Assembly: GCF_036321535.1 (NCBI RefSeq)
Contig: NC_087436.1
Coordinates: 34,286,001 to 34,350,000 of the forward strand
DNA: 64,000 bases
Direction: 5' to 3'
Source of the DNA: Camelus dromedarius
Lineage: Eukaryota
In this document: positions 22,886-35,276 of the stretch, piece by piece
How the letters are laid out: every line of letters starts with the position of its first letter
How positions within the stretch are numbered: the first letter of the stretch is position 1
Position numbers and translations under genes: made by a program
The notes under the pieces: model-generated
Seen by the model: the letters and a program-made list of their open reading frames with translations, nothing else
What the model was told of the DNA's origin: nothing
Database searches by the model: none

Positions 22886-24000
22886 TACTTGACAAATGTG
22901 TGTCCAATATTAACTGTGCTTAAATAAGAGTGGAAACTTTAAAATGCACTTAATAAACTCTAAAGAAATAATTTCTAATTTTGTGAATTGAAAGATACAT
23001 AAAATATTGTGCTTTTTGCCTCTCGTATGTTTCTAAGTGGCAATTCTAGACAATCCTGGAAGGAAACTAAGTATAGAAACGGAAAGGTGTTCTGAGATTA
23101 CACAAATCATTAAAGTCAGCAAGAACCAGGAAATTCTAAATTAAGGTTGATATGTCTATGTCGTGAGACATATCCTTGGGCTAGAGACTTACTTCCTCTT
23201 AAAATACTGTCTCTTGTTTCCTCAACTGAAAGAGCATTTCACTGCATCTAACAGAAGGGAAAACAAGGTATTAACTTTCCGGTTTAGTTAAAGACTGATA
23301 ATCTGTACAATGCTGTCTCTATGGTTGTATTATCTGATATGTGTATTTCCAAAATAGGTCTTAGAAGAAAGTCCAGGAGATTCATATTTTAAAATAAAGC
23401 TTGTCAAATGCTTTTGCAATAAATAAAAATAAAACACTAAAGTTTAGATTTAATGTAAAAAGCTCAACTTGATTATATAGCATAAGTTAAAAGAGATCTG
23501 AGACTGCCCTTTGAGTCAAAGCATGAAAGCTTATTAAGATACTATGAGCAGTTTTCAGTCAAAAGTACAAAACCAATTATGAATTCTTAAGTATTTTTTG
23601 AGACTCTGGTTTTTCTTTTACATCCAAATTTTATCCTTTTTATGTTAAAAGAATATGCATAAGCAAATATTTTTATTTATCTGACAAAATGTATCGAAAA
23701 GTCTATTTCATGACTTCTACATTACTAAACTGCAATAGTGTCACACATTTAGGGAGAAAAAAGGAAGATAAAGTTTAAAAGATGATAACAATGCATGCTG
23801 TGTAACTATTATAAATAAACATTTAACTAATAAAATACTTAATATTTTAATCCTCCATGGTTAAATTATAAACCTATTCCTTGACTTTGGACCTATATTT
23901 ACAAAATGCAATTTTGTGACAGCTGCATACAGTAAATAAATACGATATAAATCTGATGCCATTTTAAATAAAGTTTAAGTATATAAAATAAAGTACATAC

Positions 24001-24351
24001 CATCATCTGCGTCAGTAACATTAAACACAAGAACAGTAGATTCTAGAGGTAGATTCTCCATTAAAGATGTGCTATATGAATTCAAGCTGAAAATAGGTGG
24101 GTTATCATTTACATCTAGTATATTGAAATAAACCCTGATGGTAGTAAATTGTCCCCCACCGTCTTCAGCTCGAACCGTGAGGATATAATATTGTTGTGCT
24201 TCATAATCTAACATTCGAGTCAAATTAAAGACTCCAGTAACTGGATTCAGGAAAAAAATGCCATCTTCATCATCTTCATTCACAATATATGTAATTTCTC
24301 CATTCACACCAGAGTCATCATCTGTAGCTAAAATAGCTGCTACCAAAGAAC
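24001..24351 (-). CDS. FAT4: FAT4 internal coding exon, 351 nt, phase 1-1 (GSLVAAILATDDDSGVNGEITY...LDYE...DVNDNPP...VTDADD)
   Basis: Acceptor ctttttgatag|GT; donor GATG|gtatgt. LDYE, DVNDNPP and TDDD motifs. Lies within ORF 23975-24373. Confidence 0.96.
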
Positions 24352-25099
24352 CTATCAAAAAGAATAAATTCATAGTCTGAAATTAATAGGATAGAGTGAG
24401 TATTGCTAAGAGAATATATATGACACCAAAAAATTATTTGTATAGTTAAATATTTTAACTAGAGAATCAGTATGAAAGTATAATGAACACAACATTTTGT
24501 AGATTTCTACATTAACACTGATACCAATATTACCAAATAGTAACAAAGTAGGTAGCATATTAGGTGTCCACTAGATCATATGTATGTTGCAGTGAAAATA
24601 TTCTGAGGAATTAACATTACTTCTAACATTATTTTTCCATCTGGCACTACCAATTCATAAAAACATTGATGAGTTCAGTAAGCATATATTGGGGCCCATT
24701 GCTAATATCAGGAACTGGGGATTCCAAGCAGTAACCAAGACTTGTGCTGAGGGGCTACCACTTGACAGCTTATATGGCCATTGCTATAATTAAGGCAAGA
24801 CGTAAATGTGATGGGAATTTCATGGCGGACATACACAATTCATCTTGGGGAAAAGACTGCAGTGGGAAGTAGTCTTGTATAAATGTTTCATTCCTTTGTC
24901 AAATGAGTTTCTAAAATATATACCTTATTAAGCAAACTCATTCCAAATGTAATTCAGAATAAAATTTCAGTTTTAGATAAGAATCTCCAATAGTGGGGAT
25001 GAAGCACCCACACAGGAAAAGCATGGATATTGAGCACTCAAACTCAACAGTCACAACATAATATGTTCAAGAAAGCAAGGTGATAATTCAGGAGTCCTG

Positions 25100-25292
25100 T
25101 TCTACTAACATTCATCGAGCACCCGCTAATCCTCAGGCCCCACATTAGCAAACTCATACATGTTTTCTAAATTACCCTTACTCTAATTCTAATAGGAATT
25201 GTTGTTTCCATTGTACTAAGAAGGAATTGAAGCTGAGAAATGAATTCATTGCCTTGGTTCACATAGCTAAGTGTTAGAACCAGAATTCACAG
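25100..25292 (-). mobile_element. MIR SINE
   Basis: ctaacattcatcgagcacc...ggaattgaagctgagaa...gccttggttcacatagctaagtgttagaaccagaattc. Confidence 0.7.
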
Positions 25293-25699
25293 CTTTTCAT
25301 ATGTTTTTCTTTGTTCTTTCTATATACAGTAGAATAATCATCACTAGAAATTAGAAATTAGACATTTTATAATAATTTCATCATTACAAATTTTTAAATT
25401 GGAACCTAGTATCAAAACAATGATTGCCAGATAAGTTAACAATGCATGGCACAAGTACTTTCAGAAACAGAAATACCTGTAATTAGTAATCAGATTAATG
25501 GCTACCCTCATTTGCTCTCAAAAGTCTAGAAATGTCCTTGGGAATTGTAGCAAAGTGGGTTAATTAAAACATTTAAAAATCCAGCATTTATACTAGCAGC
25601 ATATGGTAAAATCTAATCACAATTTAAGAGCAGCCAAAACAGTCCGTAATTGTAGTCAAAGGTAATCCTGGCAAAATACACTGAAGGGCATGCACCTAC

Positions 25700-25961
25700 C
25701 TGGGGTCGTGTCCTCTGGGATGTCAAAAGAGTACACAGGCCTGGAGAACCTGGGTGTGTGGTCGTTCACATCACTGACAGTGATATTTATTCTCATATCC
25801 GAGGACTGAAGACCATCATCTGCACGAACCAGCAAGGAATATTTGGAACGGCGTTCTCTGTCCAACCTCTTGGTAGCTATCAGATCTCCAGATTCGGGGT
25901 CAATGCGGAAGCTGTCATCTGCTCCGCTAATGATCGTGTATGTGACAAGAGCATTTGCACC
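25700..25961 (-). CDS. FAT4: FAT4 internal coding exon, 262 nt, phase 0-1 (GANALVTYTIISGADDSFRIDPESGDLIATKRLDRERRSKY...DVNDHTPRFSRPVYSFDIPEDTTP)
   Basis: LDRE and DVND motifs. Acceptor ttttatttgtag|GGT; donor CCAG|gtaggt. The ORF track shows only part of it (25656-25865). Confidence 0.96.
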
Positions 25962-26329
25962 CTACAAATAAAAGATCAGCATCTGAACTGCTAAAAAGAG
26001 ACCTTTAAGACTTACTACTCCTTGTGCTGAATGGGTATTTGACATAGTGAGGTTTTGGAGCTTAATTTCATGTGATACCATAAGATTTCAAAATGTTAAC
26101 AGGTCTGTGTAGTGTTTTACATAGTCTTTTGCCATTCACTCCGTTAACTAGTACAAGAAATCTCAACTTCATTATTTAGCTATGTATTTTTTAAATTATT
26201 TAAATGTGTACATGGAAAAGAGTAGAACTGTCACTGTGGAAATTACAACTGATGCTAATACTATCAACCACATAACCAGAGGTTGGCTAAAAGCTTGCTC
26301 TGGGCCAGGACCTGTGACAGCACACTCCA

Positions 26330-26458
26330 GGAGATACTATTTCACAGAGGAAGACACGGGGTTCTGAGATGCTAGTTAACCTTTGCAGAGTCACACTGTA
26401 AGCGTGAGTGTGGATTTTAAACCCCAGTCTGCCTGACTCTGAGCTCATGTTCCTTCTG
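26330..26458 (-). mobile_element. MIR fragment
   Basis: tttcacagaggaagacacggggttctgagatgctagttaacctttgcagagtcacac...ccagtctgcctgactctgagctc. Confidence 0.75.
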
Positions 26459-26974
26459 ATTCTGCATGAAGGTAATTAAATGAAGCATGCAGTAAGTGGA
26501 GGCTTGCCATAAGCACTGTAAGAACCAAGAAGAGAGAGGGATGATTTGGAACAGTTTGGCAGCGTGGAGAGTTTTAACATAGCACAAAGAAGAAAAGCTA
26601 AAATAGTAGGCTATGGGTACAGTTTGGAGAATCTCAACAAATCCGCTTGAATTCTATGGACAAGAAACCACCAATCTTTTTTAAAATTGGAAACAATTTT
26701 CTTTTGAGGTTCTTGACAGCATAGGATGGACTAGAGCGAGGAGAGGCCAGAGAAGGGAGACACTGAGTAGAGTTTGGCCCAAAGAGACTGGGGCTTCACC
26801 TCCTCAAGGTGAAACTCTATACAATCTGTGTTGTTTGCTGATTCCAAGTCCCTGTTCTGTAAAATGAAAGCAGCGATGCACTCGGGGGTTCTCTCAGACC
26901 TCTGAGCTGCAGCATGTAAAATCTGAAGTTTAAACTAGGAAGCTGGCAGAAGGTACGGAAAGGTTGAGGAAAAC

Positions 26975-27170
26975 AGAACATTTATTAAGTGTTTATTAAG
27001 TGCCAAGCACCACTCTAAGGACATCACTTCATGGGCACTAACTGATTTAATATTTAAAGGTAATCCAGTTGAGAAGTACTGTTATCATCCCCATTTTCAA
27101 GATAGAGAAACTGAGACATAGAAATTTGACCCCTGCTGTCTTGCTCCAGAAGCAAGACTCTCAGTCATTA
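26975..27170 (-). mobile_element. MIR SINE
   Basis: aacatttattaagtg...gtactgttatcatccccattttcaagatagagaaactgagacatag. Confidence 0.8.
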
Positions 27171-27559
27171 TGTACCCAACATAACGCACAAAGCAAATTA
27201 GTAAGATCTGCTAGGTTACTGACAGAGAAATAACAATAACAATTGCTCTCATCTGTTTGACAATCCCATACAGTCTCATTTCCTTCTTTTAACAACTCTA
27301 TGCAGTGGGAGCGGAAGTGAAAGAGAAGAAAAAAATTTAATTTCAAATTACTTTGGGAATTAGGAGAGTACTCTTCTTGAAGACATCTCAGGATATGATC
27401 TGCTTTGATGCAGGAGAAATTAGGCAGTGAGATTTTACAATTGTATGTATCATATGTTAAGAGACTGAAGGATCGCTTCATGATTATGTGGCAATGGTTA
27501 CAACCACAGAAATGACTGTTGGTCAGAGATCTGAGAAGGGGTTTGATTAAACTATCTGA

Positions 27560-27860
27560 AGGTCGATATATGTAGGTGATGACAGTTAAAGCCACAAGAT
27601 TTGTTGAGGATCTAAATGAGAATAGATAGAGAAAGGAACAGTGCCATAAAGATTGAATAGCAATGTTTAGAGAGTGGGAAGAAGGGGCAGAGACAGGGAC
27701 TGATGGAGGGAGAAGATGAGGGACCTAGAAGACCCAGAGGAACAGTCTGCCACCACGGTGAAAAGGAAGGCTTCAGGAAAGAGCTGATTTCAGCAAAGTC
27801 AAAAATAAAAAAGTTAAAGAGAATTAAAATTACAGCACCCATCTGGATTTGATGATGGGG
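27560..27860 (-). mobile_element. L2 fragment
   Basis: Purine-rich segment ending in cagcaaagtcaaaa...acccatctggatttgatgatgggg, typical of reverse-strand L2. Confidence 0.5.
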
Positions 27861-27979
27861 AAAGCTAACTTTACAGTATTTTAAAATCTATTATAAACTT
27901 ATATATATGAAATTATGAGCATTTTGATTTAGACATTTTAAATTATATATATTATAACTGAATCTTAAGTTAAACATCA

Positions 27980-28235
27980 CACACTGTACTGGTTGAGATC
28001 TGATGCTCTGGAGCCATATTTTTGGGCTTGAATCTCTGCTCCACTACTTATTATTTGTGTGTCACTGGGCCACTACTTAACCTCTATGAGCCTAAGTTTC
28101 CTTATCTGGACATTGGGGTTGGTAATGTTACCTACCACATAAGGCTGTTGTGAGGATTAAAGGTGTTAATACATGTAGTGAAACTAGAACATTCCTTGAG
28201 AAGTTTTAAGTGTACAACAATGCTAATTTTTATTT
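27980..28235 (+). mobile_element. Near full-length MIR SINE
   Basis: gctctggagcca...cttaacctctatgagcctaagtttccttatctg...ggctgttgtgaggattaaaggtgttaatacatgt. Confidence 0.88.
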
Positions 28236-31200
28236 TTATTTCCATTTTTATTGTTTTCTTATAAAAGAAATATAATGGGTTAAGTATATTTGATGACTGA
28301 GATGTTTGCAAATAAATAATTTATATCAAAATATGGTTAGAACTGCTATATAGTCCAGGGAAAGTATTTTCTGATTTCTTATTATATTGAGTCTTGACAC
28401 TGGGATATGTGGTATTGGAACTGTCAACTTCAAAAATTGTTTTTTGATTTAAATTATACTCACCTAAAACAAATATACTTTGAGAAATTTATTTATTAAA
28501 ATATCTAGGCTAAGATCTCTTGAGAAGGTATTGTGGAGAACATAATTTAGGGGGTTTAGGACTTTAAAGCTGGCATACTAGGAAGTTACAGCACTCAAAG
28601 CTTCCATACATCTTTTCCATCATAGATTAAATATGTTTTATCTGCATAATCAAACACATAAGGGGATGACTTCCAGCAGTCAAAGGGAAAAACACTCTTT
28701 CAAAATTTCTGTCTAGTGGTATTTGCTATATTTTTGTACTGCATTCTCTAACCCAATCTGAAAATTTAGTAACAGGAATGCCTCTGAGCACATTTTAATT
28801 TAGTAACAGAACAGCTGAGTTTAACACACTGCACACGTTTACCCTGTATATTCAGGTGTACATGGAGTATCTAATAGATTTACTGTAATTCTATGGTTTA
28901 ACAAAAACATTCAATAAGAATTTTAGACTTCTAATCTGACCACATTCTGTACTATTTATTCCATTTCACAAGGAATTCCATTATTCTGGTAAAACAGTCC
29001 AGGGAAAAACAGCTACACTCAATTCTGACCTATTAAAATGGTATTTGGAAATTAGGGGAAAGCCAAGAAACAGAAACATATTTCAAGCTATTACATAAGT
29101 GGTTTGCAATTTAGAAATGTCCTGTCTACAAAAAAGTGACTATAATAATTAATACTCCTAAACTTATGATAATTCTTCTGAACAGAAGCAAAGGCATCAG
29201 ACTATGTTGATAAAACAAGTCTGTTCCTATTCAAAATCAGCTGATGTGGTGAACTGGTAGTTCTAGAGATGCCTGAAAATGCGTGGCCAAGAGGAATGAT
29301 TTAATTAGGCCTTTTGAAAAGTCTGTTTATTTATTTAATCTCCAAAATATGCAGTATCCACAATACTATAAGAAACAAATATCGTCTTGCAGCTGCAGCA
29401 CAGTGGAAATAATGCTGTTTAAAAATATTCTGCTCTCCTGAGATACCACAGAGACAAAAGCACGTGAAAGGAATTCTAAAAGTAAATAGCTATAAATTGC
29501 AAGTGCGTTTTACAACCTTAAACAGTATTTTCAAAAACAAGTATGGTACCATGAAACAAAGCTCGAGTCTCCTAGCCCATTACAAGCATAATAATTCTGT
29601 TTATCAAAGGAAACAAGAGACTGTCGAAGTCACGTGCATCTGAGAGATGTGTATCTTGATCCTACATGTTTCAAATGATATTTAAATTACGTTCAACATG
29701 TACATGTTGCTTTTTAAAACAGATTCCTTTACCCAGGCATTCTTCTCCAGCACCCTACTAGAGTTTCTCTGACAAACTAGTATTTCTGTGCTCGATTTCA
29801 TAATTAAGGAAAAGCATATAAACTAAAGAATATATGGACATAACTTGCTGATGACCTATATAATCTTAGTGTTTTAAAGAAGTCTATTAATCTTTCAAAA
29901 TCAATCCACTGTATAGTTGTGTGACAATTTAATGCTGGCCACAAAGTTAAAGAAACCTCTTGCATTTCAGTATTGATTCCTACTCAAAACTAGATGAAGA
30001 AAGAAAACAGAGCCATGATTTGGTAAGAGAGAAAACATTTCAAATATACATGCTGATTTTCAAATTCAATTAAGAGGTAAGGAGCTGAGAAGAGAGTAGA
30101 AGATAGAAGTTTTACCTGAAAGCATTAATAGTAATTTATTGCAAGCTACGCAGAAAAGGAAACAGCCAATAATTCTGAATGCCATAGGAAGCCTAGGTAT
30201 CCACTGTGTTTGGCATACAGCCAAAGAAATGTTGGTTCCTCAGGTCAGGAGCTGAAATTGTCAGTGGTCATTAAAATGCTACTAAAAAATTTAAGAGAAA
30301 ATATATTCAAGAAAGAAAACAACCTCATGAGCTTAGTCTTTAAAAAATAATGGTCCAAAAGCAGTCTCACAAAAATGTCCTTCTTTCCTTTAAAGTGGTA
30401 GGTGAAATTTCCTCCCTTCCATCCTCTTCTACCTTTTTCCCCTTCCACCTCCACTCCCCTGGCCCGCACACAGGTCTTATAAAATACTCTGTGGTAGTTT
30501 TTATGCCTTCAGGCAGAGTAACAGCCTGCACAATTTGTCAACATCCCTCCCTCCCTCTGAACTGCAAACAACCCTCCCTCCTTTACCCTGGTCTGTTCAG
30601 CTTTCTAGCCTTACTTGTTTCTGCTTCTTTAACTCCCCACCCTGTCTCACCCCAAGGGTACTTCTCACATATCCTAGCTATCATCACCTTATGTTCAGTA
30701 CCTAAAAAAAAACAAAACCCTAGAATGCCTAAGCGGTAATACCAGAAATGGTTACTTACATTTTTTTAAACTTAAAAAAAAAAAAAAGAATCTCAATAGA
30801 AATAAAGCAAAGTACCATAAAACCCTGTTGATGTAAATACCTAGAGACATAAGGACCTTCTCAGCCGTCTTCAAATCTCATCCTAAATATAAACATATCT
30901 CAAAAGATGAACTTCAAGACAAGCAAGTGTGTGCAAGCATACATACACACCCAGAAAAGTCAGACAGAGAAAAATAAACATGCAGGCAGGATTGCATTTG
31001 TATTAACCCTTATTTGTCATATCTTGAAAAGAAAATGTAAGAAGGAAAATAAAATTATAACAGTGCCAACATGATAGTATTAAAAGGGTTGAATGTTGGC
31101 ATCTCTTTCAAATAATCGGTTCTTAAGAGAACAGTGTATCTCATTATAACATATATATCATGATTAACATGATTATTGCTTCATGCCTTGAAAAAATCAC

Positions 31201-32605
31201 CTGAAATAAATGCAGTTTATGTGTTCTATTCCTACAGAGAGTATAGCCAATAGAGCAGTCATTACAATTGCAATTATTTGATGTATCATTTACGTGAGCT
31301 TATAGAAATTGCATGAGCTTTTTTTTGCTGTTGTTATTTTGCTAAATGAGATATAATTAAATTTTATGAATTGAGCTATCCAAAATATATTATCAGTGAT
31401 GAGTTTTAAGAAAATGAAGCATTTACTAAATTTTAGCTGATGATATCTCATTTTTCTCAATAATAATAGAAATATTCAGCAACATAACTCTTTTAATGGT
31501 AGCTGGGACTGGGAACAAACTTTATATGAAATTGAGTAGAAGGTAAAAACTTAACACATCATTTTTTTCCAGTAGAAAACTACAGTTATCTAAATGCCTA
31601 CACTTTATTTTGTTTCCTTTTCCTTAGTTAGATTTTGGCAAAATATATAGATGACTAAGTCATTACATTTCTATACTTGCTGTTAGAATTAGCCTGTTAT
31701 TGAATTATATACCTTTTTAAAGTTAAAAAAATAGGCCAAAAATCAAGTTTTTAGATACTTCTGGAGCTTAACTGAGGGTAAGGAAATTAAATAATCTGTT
31801 TGGGGCTTAGCTTAAAGAGAAAGGGCAGAAAGGGGTGTATAGGATCATTATTCCTCTGTCTGAAATTCTAGAACATTAATTAAACCTTTTATCCATCAAG
31901 AAGGAGAAAACAATTGATGCTGTTTTTTTATGGGAAAATGTAAATTACGAATTATCCAATTTCCATGCCATTTGGAGCATGAAGATAGCATAGCTAAACT
32001 TAAAATATTAATATAGAAGATAGTATTCTAAATTGTGCCCCAAATTTCACATTCATCCTAGGAAAGAATTTCTGTTTATTAATGGAATTGAAAAATCATT
32101 AGCTTCCTAGATAATTTCCTTAAAATACATAAGGCTATTATTGAGATATATATTTACATATATATATACATATGCAAATTAAATGAAAAGTTGTAAGATA
32201 GTCTTAAATTTTTAAATTTTAAATAATTTGCTTTTCCAATTACAAATAAAATAAAAATAAATTCTTAGCAGCTACCAGCATATGAGAGTGATACATGCAT
32301 ACAAAATAAGCTATATCTGTAAATAGTTTTTATTATTTGAGAACTTAAAATAATTTGGCTAAGAAATCTAAAATGCAGCCAGCAATTAACTGAGTTGTGA
32401 ATTGCTGTTCAAATGAAAATTACCTTTAGATAGTCTCCCATCTTAGCATTCTTATATCACATTTCAACAATTAATGATCTTTGGAAAAAAGCACACAATG
32501 CTTAACCTTTGTTAATGGGTAATAAAACTTGTCAACACACAGTAGAAATTCGATAGGTCACTGAAATACTAAGTTTCAAAAATTCAGGGCCAGGCTGTGC
32601 GCTAC

Positions 32606-32737
32606 CTCATCAGCATCCATGGCTGTCAGCTGCATGATCTTGGAGCCGTCGCCGATGTTCTCCTCCACCGTGAGGTCCAGCGTGTCCGTCGGAAACACTG
32701 GTGGATTGTCATTGATATCCTGAAGCGTTATTTCTAC
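32606..32737 (-). CDS. FAT4: FAT4 internal coding exon, 132 nt, phase 0-0 (VEITLQDINDNPPVFPTDTLDLTVEENIGDGSKIMQLTAMDADE)
   Basis: Cadherin DINDNPP and A.D.D motifs. Acceptor tttctctcctcgcag|GTA at 32738-32740; donor GAG|gtagcg at 32605. Peptide matches FAT4 as recalled and joins in frame to the next exon. Confidence 0.96.
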
Positions 32738-33246
32738 CTGCGAGGAGAGAAAGAAACAATGCATGAACGTTGCATATGTCTGCAAGGTACCCATTAAATT
32801 GTGTACCCAGGATCCACTCAACTAGGCCTTCCAAAAGGAATCAGAAACTTTATATATAACATCCAAAACAGAAAATGCCCTAAAGAAAGGTGAGAAATAC
32901 TTACAGGAAAATATGAAATCCAAATAAAGATCACTTGCCTTGTTGATAGTAACTGATTTTACATGACCACCTTGGAGTTTATACTAGAATAGACTGTGGA
33001 CCAACCGTCATTTTAGTCCCCAGATTTGTGCACCAGTGAAAAACTGGCCAGACTTAAAGACTATCTGTCATTCAACCATTAAATGTTGTCTGACACATAG
33101 ATGAGGTAGTGTCAAATTTCTTCCTGAAATGTTTACATGTTGGCAACTGATACCAGGGAAAACAAAGAAGTTCACATTTTGTTTTAAGAAACACTCAGCA
33201 TTTTCCCCTTTAAAGTCAACTCTCAACCTTTGAGGGGAGGAAAATA

Positions 33247-33264
33247 CACACACACACACACACA
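33247..33264. repeat. (CA)9 microsatellite
   Basis: Direct reading of the sequence. Confidence 0.9.
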
Positions 33265-34139
33265 TCTTTTCTTTCTGTTTCCACTCCTATCAACACTTCT
33301 TAATGTGACTAAAGCTAAACAATCATTCCATTCAAATGTAGTGTTTATATAGATTGCAAATATTAACAACTTTGTTTGAAAGATCCTAGTCAGGGTTATT
33401 TGTTTCCCTAACTGAAAAATAAATTGTTTAGAAAGAACAATTTGTGAAGTTTAAATAATAACATCAAACCATGTGTTTTCTCTTTTGAGCTAGGTGCTAA
33501 AAGCTGAATATCTGATAAGAAAAGGGGAGACAGCTGCTAATAAAACTGGAAGTTTCCCCAGTTGGGTCACAAAATTAAGTCATGGAGAAAAAACCATCCA
33601 TCCATTTAGCTTGGATATAACCAGGACATTTTTCTCCTAGGATGAAATGTCATCTTTTATAGTTATACTGTAAAAATGCCATCAGATCTAAGAGTGATGA
33701 GGATGAATATTAGGAGAGAGCAAAAGAATTCTGGTTCCTTCTTTTCCAGGAAGCAGGCAGGGTTGGGTGGAGTGGAGAGGGAAGTAATGGGTAGGACTGT
33801 CATTACTCTCTGGCAAGGAATGTGTGGGAAATATATGAGAGCCAGACTAAGAAAAGGATGAACCATTGATAAAAAGAAAACCCCAGGAAACAATGTACAA
33901 AATTAAGTACTAAACAATTATTATAGTTCCACTATTTAATAGGACGGTTTTGATCACAGCAAATGGCTCAAGTTAGTCTAGGGAATGGTTAAGACTGCCT
34001 CAGTAGTTAGAAATCTGCTAACTACTAACATTCTCTGCACCACTTCCTTTAGAAAAGATCCACAATAGCTACAACTGCATCCTATAAAGAGCATCTCCAA
34101 CTTTCTTGCAAGGCTGTAAATAACATGAGCTTTTCAAAT

Positions 34140-34330
34140 TCGAAAGACCACAGTTCAGATTCTGTCTCTGCAACTTATTAAATATGGAAACTTGAGCACT
34201 TAATTTCTCTGAGCCTGTCTCCTCATCTTAAAATTGGGATAATAACATGTATCTTAGACCATTTTATGAAGATGAAACCTTGATGATGCCAGCAAAGTGC
34301 TTAGCACAGAGGAAAGTATTTAATAAAAAG
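34140..34330 (+). mobile_element. MIR SINE
   Basis: cttaatttctctgagcctgtctcctcatcttaaaattgggataataac...aaagtgcttagcacag. Confidence 0.8.
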
Positions 34331-35230
34331 TTGATTTTGGTTTTCAAGCTGTCAGGACAGACCTAGGCAGTTCCTTAGATCCAGGGAGAAACTTTGAGGA
34401 AAGGAACTCAATAAATTAGAATTCTAAGTCATATAACCTAGACTCAACCAACACAAGTCACTGCTCGTCTCTGGTATGTATTAAATATGTACTAAACTTT
34501 CATGTAGGAAAATACATACCTATGAATGTATTTCAAAAGGCTAAAAACTGTGGATTTAAGAATCAAGAACTCTTGAGATCTCATCTGATGGTCACCCAAG
34601 AATATAATCATTAATGTTATTCAGAAAATAGAAATTATCTTCCCATTAGTATGTGTGACTTTTCATACTTGTGTGCATAGTCCTTAAACTACAGTAGAAA
34701 AATAAATGAGTAAGAGATAACCGATCTGAATACCTTCTAATGCAATCAGGACTTTTTAGCTTAATAGAATTTTTTAGATTTCTAAATTGTCTTTTATCCA
34801 TAATTTCATGACTTGGTCTAGTTGGAAACCAACATGCCAACATTCTGTGTGCTTGTGTTTGTTTGTAAGTGTGTGAGAAAGAGAGAGAGAAGAGAGAGGG
34901 AGAGAAAGAAGCTTTGTAAATGCATTTCTGAGAGAATATGCATATATAAGTGTGTGTTTATATAAGTATGTAATGAATATGTGTTTGCAAGGAAGAACAC
35001 TAAATTGAGAGTAAGGAGAATCGAGATTGGCACTAATTAAACATGACATCAAAGATGCATCAGGACACAGTACACACACCAGAAACATGTTGGGTATAAG
35101 GGTGTAATAGAAAGACTCTTCATTATAGATGATGAGTGCATGAACTGAGCAAGCCCCTGCTATATTTTAATAGTTAAAACAAAAAAACTAACATGCATGT
35201 GCCGACTATGTTTTATGTTACATGTATGTG

Positions 35231-35240
<10 letters not shown>

Positions 35241-35270
<30 letters not shown>
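35241..35270. repeat. (CA)15 microsatellite
   Basis: Direct reading; flanked by cata/tata variants. Confidence 0.95.
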
Positions 35271-35276
<6 letters not shown>

